This document shows, piece by piece, positions 61,568 to 64,000 of a DNA stretch of 64,000 bases (the stretch's first letter is position 1; each line of letters opens with the position of its first letter). A model generated the notes under the pieces. The model saw nothing but the letters and a program-made list of their open reading frames with translations, did not search any database and was not told the origin of the DNA. The translations under genes and the position numbers were made by a program. This DNA is from Candidatus Aenigmatarchaeota archaeon (GTDB lineage Archaea > Aenigmatarchaeota > Aenigmatarchaeia > QMZP01 > QMZT01): contig CAVSBQ010000002.1 in NCBI GenBank assembly GCA_963726265.1, positions 861,795 to 925,794 on the forward strand, given 5' to 3'.

Positions 61568-62141
61568 CGACGCCTTCTCGCTGGACGCAGGCTCGGTCAG
61601 CGCGGGCAATGCATACCAGCTCGTCACCTACATGTTCCTGCATGCCACCTATGTCGAAACCGCATCTGGTGGAATCACAATTTATCCAATACATATAGCC
61701 ATGAACATGTTCGTGCTCGCGATATTCGGCTTCCCGCTTGAGCGGACGCTCGGCAGAAAGAAATTCGTAACAGTTTATTTCCTTTCCGGCATAGGCTCGG
61801 CGCTGTTCTACATCTTCATGATGCCTGTGCTCGCCGGCGTAACCGGCGGAAGCCTTATAGGAGCGTCGGGCGCGGTCTTTGGCTTGCTCGCAGCCTACGC
61901 GTTCAAATACCCGAAGGCATGGGTCTACATGTTCGGCCTGGTCCCGATGCCTGCGGCTCTCATGCTGTTTTTCCTTTTAGTCGAAGAGGCGTTCCTCGGC
62001 GTAATGAGCCTGCAGCCGGGCGTCGCGAATTTCGGCCACGTGGGCGGCATAATAAGCGGCCTGCTCGTCATGGCAATATGGAAGCTCACCAGCCGCGAAA
62101 AGAAGTTCGGCGACGCGGGCTTCGAGTATGTCTGGGAGTAG
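61458..62141 (+). CDS. Rhomboid-family intramembrane serine protease
   Basis: TYMFLH, HIAMNM, GASGAVFG, GHVGG. Confidence 0.92.
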   Translation: MAYRERNYPFTKSLTFYIIALTVLVWAAQFAAYPLVDDAFSLDAGSVSAGNAYQLVTYMFLHATYVETASGGITIYPIHIAMNMFVLAIFGFPLERTLGRKKFVTVYFLSGIGSALFYIFMMPVLAGVTGGSLIGASGAVFGLLAAYAFKYPKAWVYMFGLVPMPAALMLFFLLVEEAFLGVMSLQPGVANFGHVGGIISGLLVMAIWKLTSREKKFGDAGFEYVWE

Positions 62142-62193
62142 CGCAAAAAGGAAAACGGGAAAGGCTAATAAATCACGGATTGAAAAGTATAGC

Positions 62194-62889
62194 ATGAAAC
62201 TTACATATGCAATTCTGTCGGTTCTGGTGGTCGCGTCGGTTCTTGCGAGCGGCTGCGTCCAGCAGGGCGCTCCGGGAGGCGCAGATACGAACGGCGGAAC
62301 AGGCGGACAGCAGAACCCGCCGCTTTTTGGCGGGACGCCAAGCGGCCCCAAGCCGGGTGACTGGTCAACAGTCGCCATGACGACGACGAGCGCGAAGGCG
62401 ATCGAGTTCACCTACAAGAGCGTCGAGGTTACGCTCGGCAGCGTGGCGTACACGGGCATAGAGACGGAGACTGACACGAGCAACACCTTGATTATGTGGG
62501 AAAGGGGCAAGGAGACCAGCGGAGGCAAGATGTATTCGCTCAGCAAGGTCGGGCAGCTTACGCTCTGCAACGTCATAACGACCGAGCCAACGAATATGCC
62601 GGGCACTAAGGACCCGTATGCAAACGGCGCCGAGGGCGTAACGTCGCTGGGGACGGGGACGTACACCACTCCGACCAGCAAGACGGTCAGCGTGAACAAA
62701 TACAGATACAGCAAGGAAGGCGTGACGGGCGAATACTGGTACAGCAGCGAGGTCCCGTTCGTGATTGTCAAAAGCGACCTGAACATGACCGTCGTCGGCA
62801 GGGAAGTCAACACGAAGATGGAGCTCCAGGACTTCGGCACGGGCGCGACATCCACATTCGCGGAGAAGGACTTCGAGAAGTGCGAGTGA
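62194..62889 (+). CDS. Putative lipoprotein
   Basis: MKLTYAILSVLVVASVLASGCVQ lipobox-like signal; Gly/Thr-rich linker. Confidence 0.7.
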   Translation: MKLTYAILSVLVVASVLASGCVQQGAPGGADTNGGTGGQQNPPLFGGTPSGPKPGDWSTVAMTTTSAKAIEFTYKSVEVTLGSVAYTGIETETDTSNTLIMWERGKETSGGKMYSLSKVGQLTLCNVITTEPTNMPGTKDPYANGAEGVTSLGTGTYTTPTSKTVSVNKYRYSKEGVTGEYWYSSEVPFVIVKSDLNMTVVGREVNTKMELQDFGTGATSTFAEKDFEKCE

Positions 62890-63009
62890 TTTCCCCCCTT
62901 TTCGTTCTTTGACGGATGGTTAGCCGAAGCTATTTAAAACAAAAACTGGGTAATTGAGTATTATACAACTTCGTGTATCATATCTCATCTTTGTACGGGT
63001 GGTGGTGTC

Positions 63010-64000
63010 ATGAAAAAAATAATTCCTGCCGAGAGGGCGGGCAAGGTCACTTACGCGATTCGCGACGTCGTGGTCGAGGCGAACAAGCTCAAGGCACAGG
63101 GGCATGAAGGTCCTGAACCTCAACATCGGCGATCCCAACGTCTACGACTTCGTTACCCCGCGGCACATAATAGAGGCCGTGGAGAAGGCGATGGAAAAGA
63201 ATCTCAATGGTTATGCGGATTCGGCAGGCGTCGAGGAGGCGAGGGAGGCGGTCGTGAAAGAAGCCGCCAGGGACGGCATCAAAGGCGTGACAAAAAGCGA
63301 CGTGCTGATAACCACAGGCGTCAGCGAGGGCATAGAGCTCGCGCTGAACGCCCTGCTCAACCCGGGAGAAAACGTCCTCACGCCCACGCCAGGCTATCCT
63401 GTTTACACGGCAGTCGTGCACAAGATAGGCGCGGCGCTGAACCAGTACAAAACGGACGAGGCGAATGGCTGGCAGCCGGACATAGACGATATTCGGAAGA
63501 AAATCAATTCGAAAACGAAAGGCATAATCCTCATAAATCCGAACAACCCGACAGGCTCCCTTTATTCCAAGAAGACGCTGCAGGAGATAGTCGACATCGC
63601 CCGCGAACACAACCTGCTCATATTCTCCGACGAGATATACAACAAGATTTTATTCGACGGCGAGAAGCACGTCTCGACCGCTTCACTGGCGAATGACATT
63701 CCGATTCTCACCTTCAACGGCCTCTCGAAGAACTACATCGTTCCGGGGTGGCGCGTGGGATGGATGATATTCAGCGGGCCAAGCGAGCTGCGCGCGGAAT
63801 TCCAGGAGACGGTCTTCCGCCTCGCGAGGGCGAGGCTCTGTTCGCCGGGGCCTTTTCAGTATGCCGTAAAGCCGGCGCTCGAAGGGCCGCAGGACCACAT
63901 ACCCGAGATGAACAGGAAGCTGCAGAAGCGCCGCGACCTCATCCACAAGCGCTTCAACGAAATCGAGGGTTTCTCATGCGCGAAGCCGAAGGGCGCATTC
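63010..64000 (+). CDS. Class I/II PLP aminotransferase (alanine aminotransferase-like), frameshift near 63108, runs off the window end
   Basis: YAIRDVV | LNLNIGDP, GYADSAG, TTGVSEG, INPNNPTG, SDEIY, NGLSKNYIVPGWRVGW. Confidence 0.9.

Noticed and set aside
3797..63110. Programmed frameshifting or true pseudogenes at the broken genes
   Set aside because: No shared slippery heptamer or stimulatory structure was seen, the breaks hit unrelated and essential genes, and there is no accompanying decay; sequencing error is more parsimonious.
1..64000. CRISPR array or cas genes
   Set aside because: No regularly spaced 25-40 bp repeats and no Cas-like ORFs seen.

Overview
Archaeal chromosomal window (TFB, aIF1A/aIF2-alpha/aIF5A, Topo VI, Pelota, SRP54, RpoE'/Spt4, S24e/S27e, A-type ATP synthase, NreA, GGTGA-type RBS and BRE/TATA promoters). 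Compact gene order, many orphan ORFs and a giant Cys-rich surface protein suggest a DPANN-type lineage; this is inference and was not tested. Main blocks: (1) two separate kinase-free signalling loci (1-3065 and 58752-60704) whose terminal proteins share an almost identical C-terminal coiled-coil motif, VGRELKMxELKKR; (2) a clustered archaeal (Aeropyrum-type, modified) mevalonate pathway (mvk, UbiD-type decarboxylase, LpdD-like protein, AcnX large and small subunits, ubiX, ipk, fni); (3) information-processing genes and two tRNAs (Phe-GAA, Asn-GTT); (4) two toxin-antitoxin pairs, one flanked by a relic copy of the yjbQ 3' end; (5) surface proteins; (6) a complete A-ATPase operon. Several short genes missing from the ORF track were read by hand: a ferredoxin, S27e, a SWIB-like 51-aa protein and a 26-aa acidic ORF. 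About 15 single-base frameshifts, many in short homopolymers and some in essential genes, are most likely sequencing or assembly errors. No CRISPR array, rRNA, integrase or transposase was seen.
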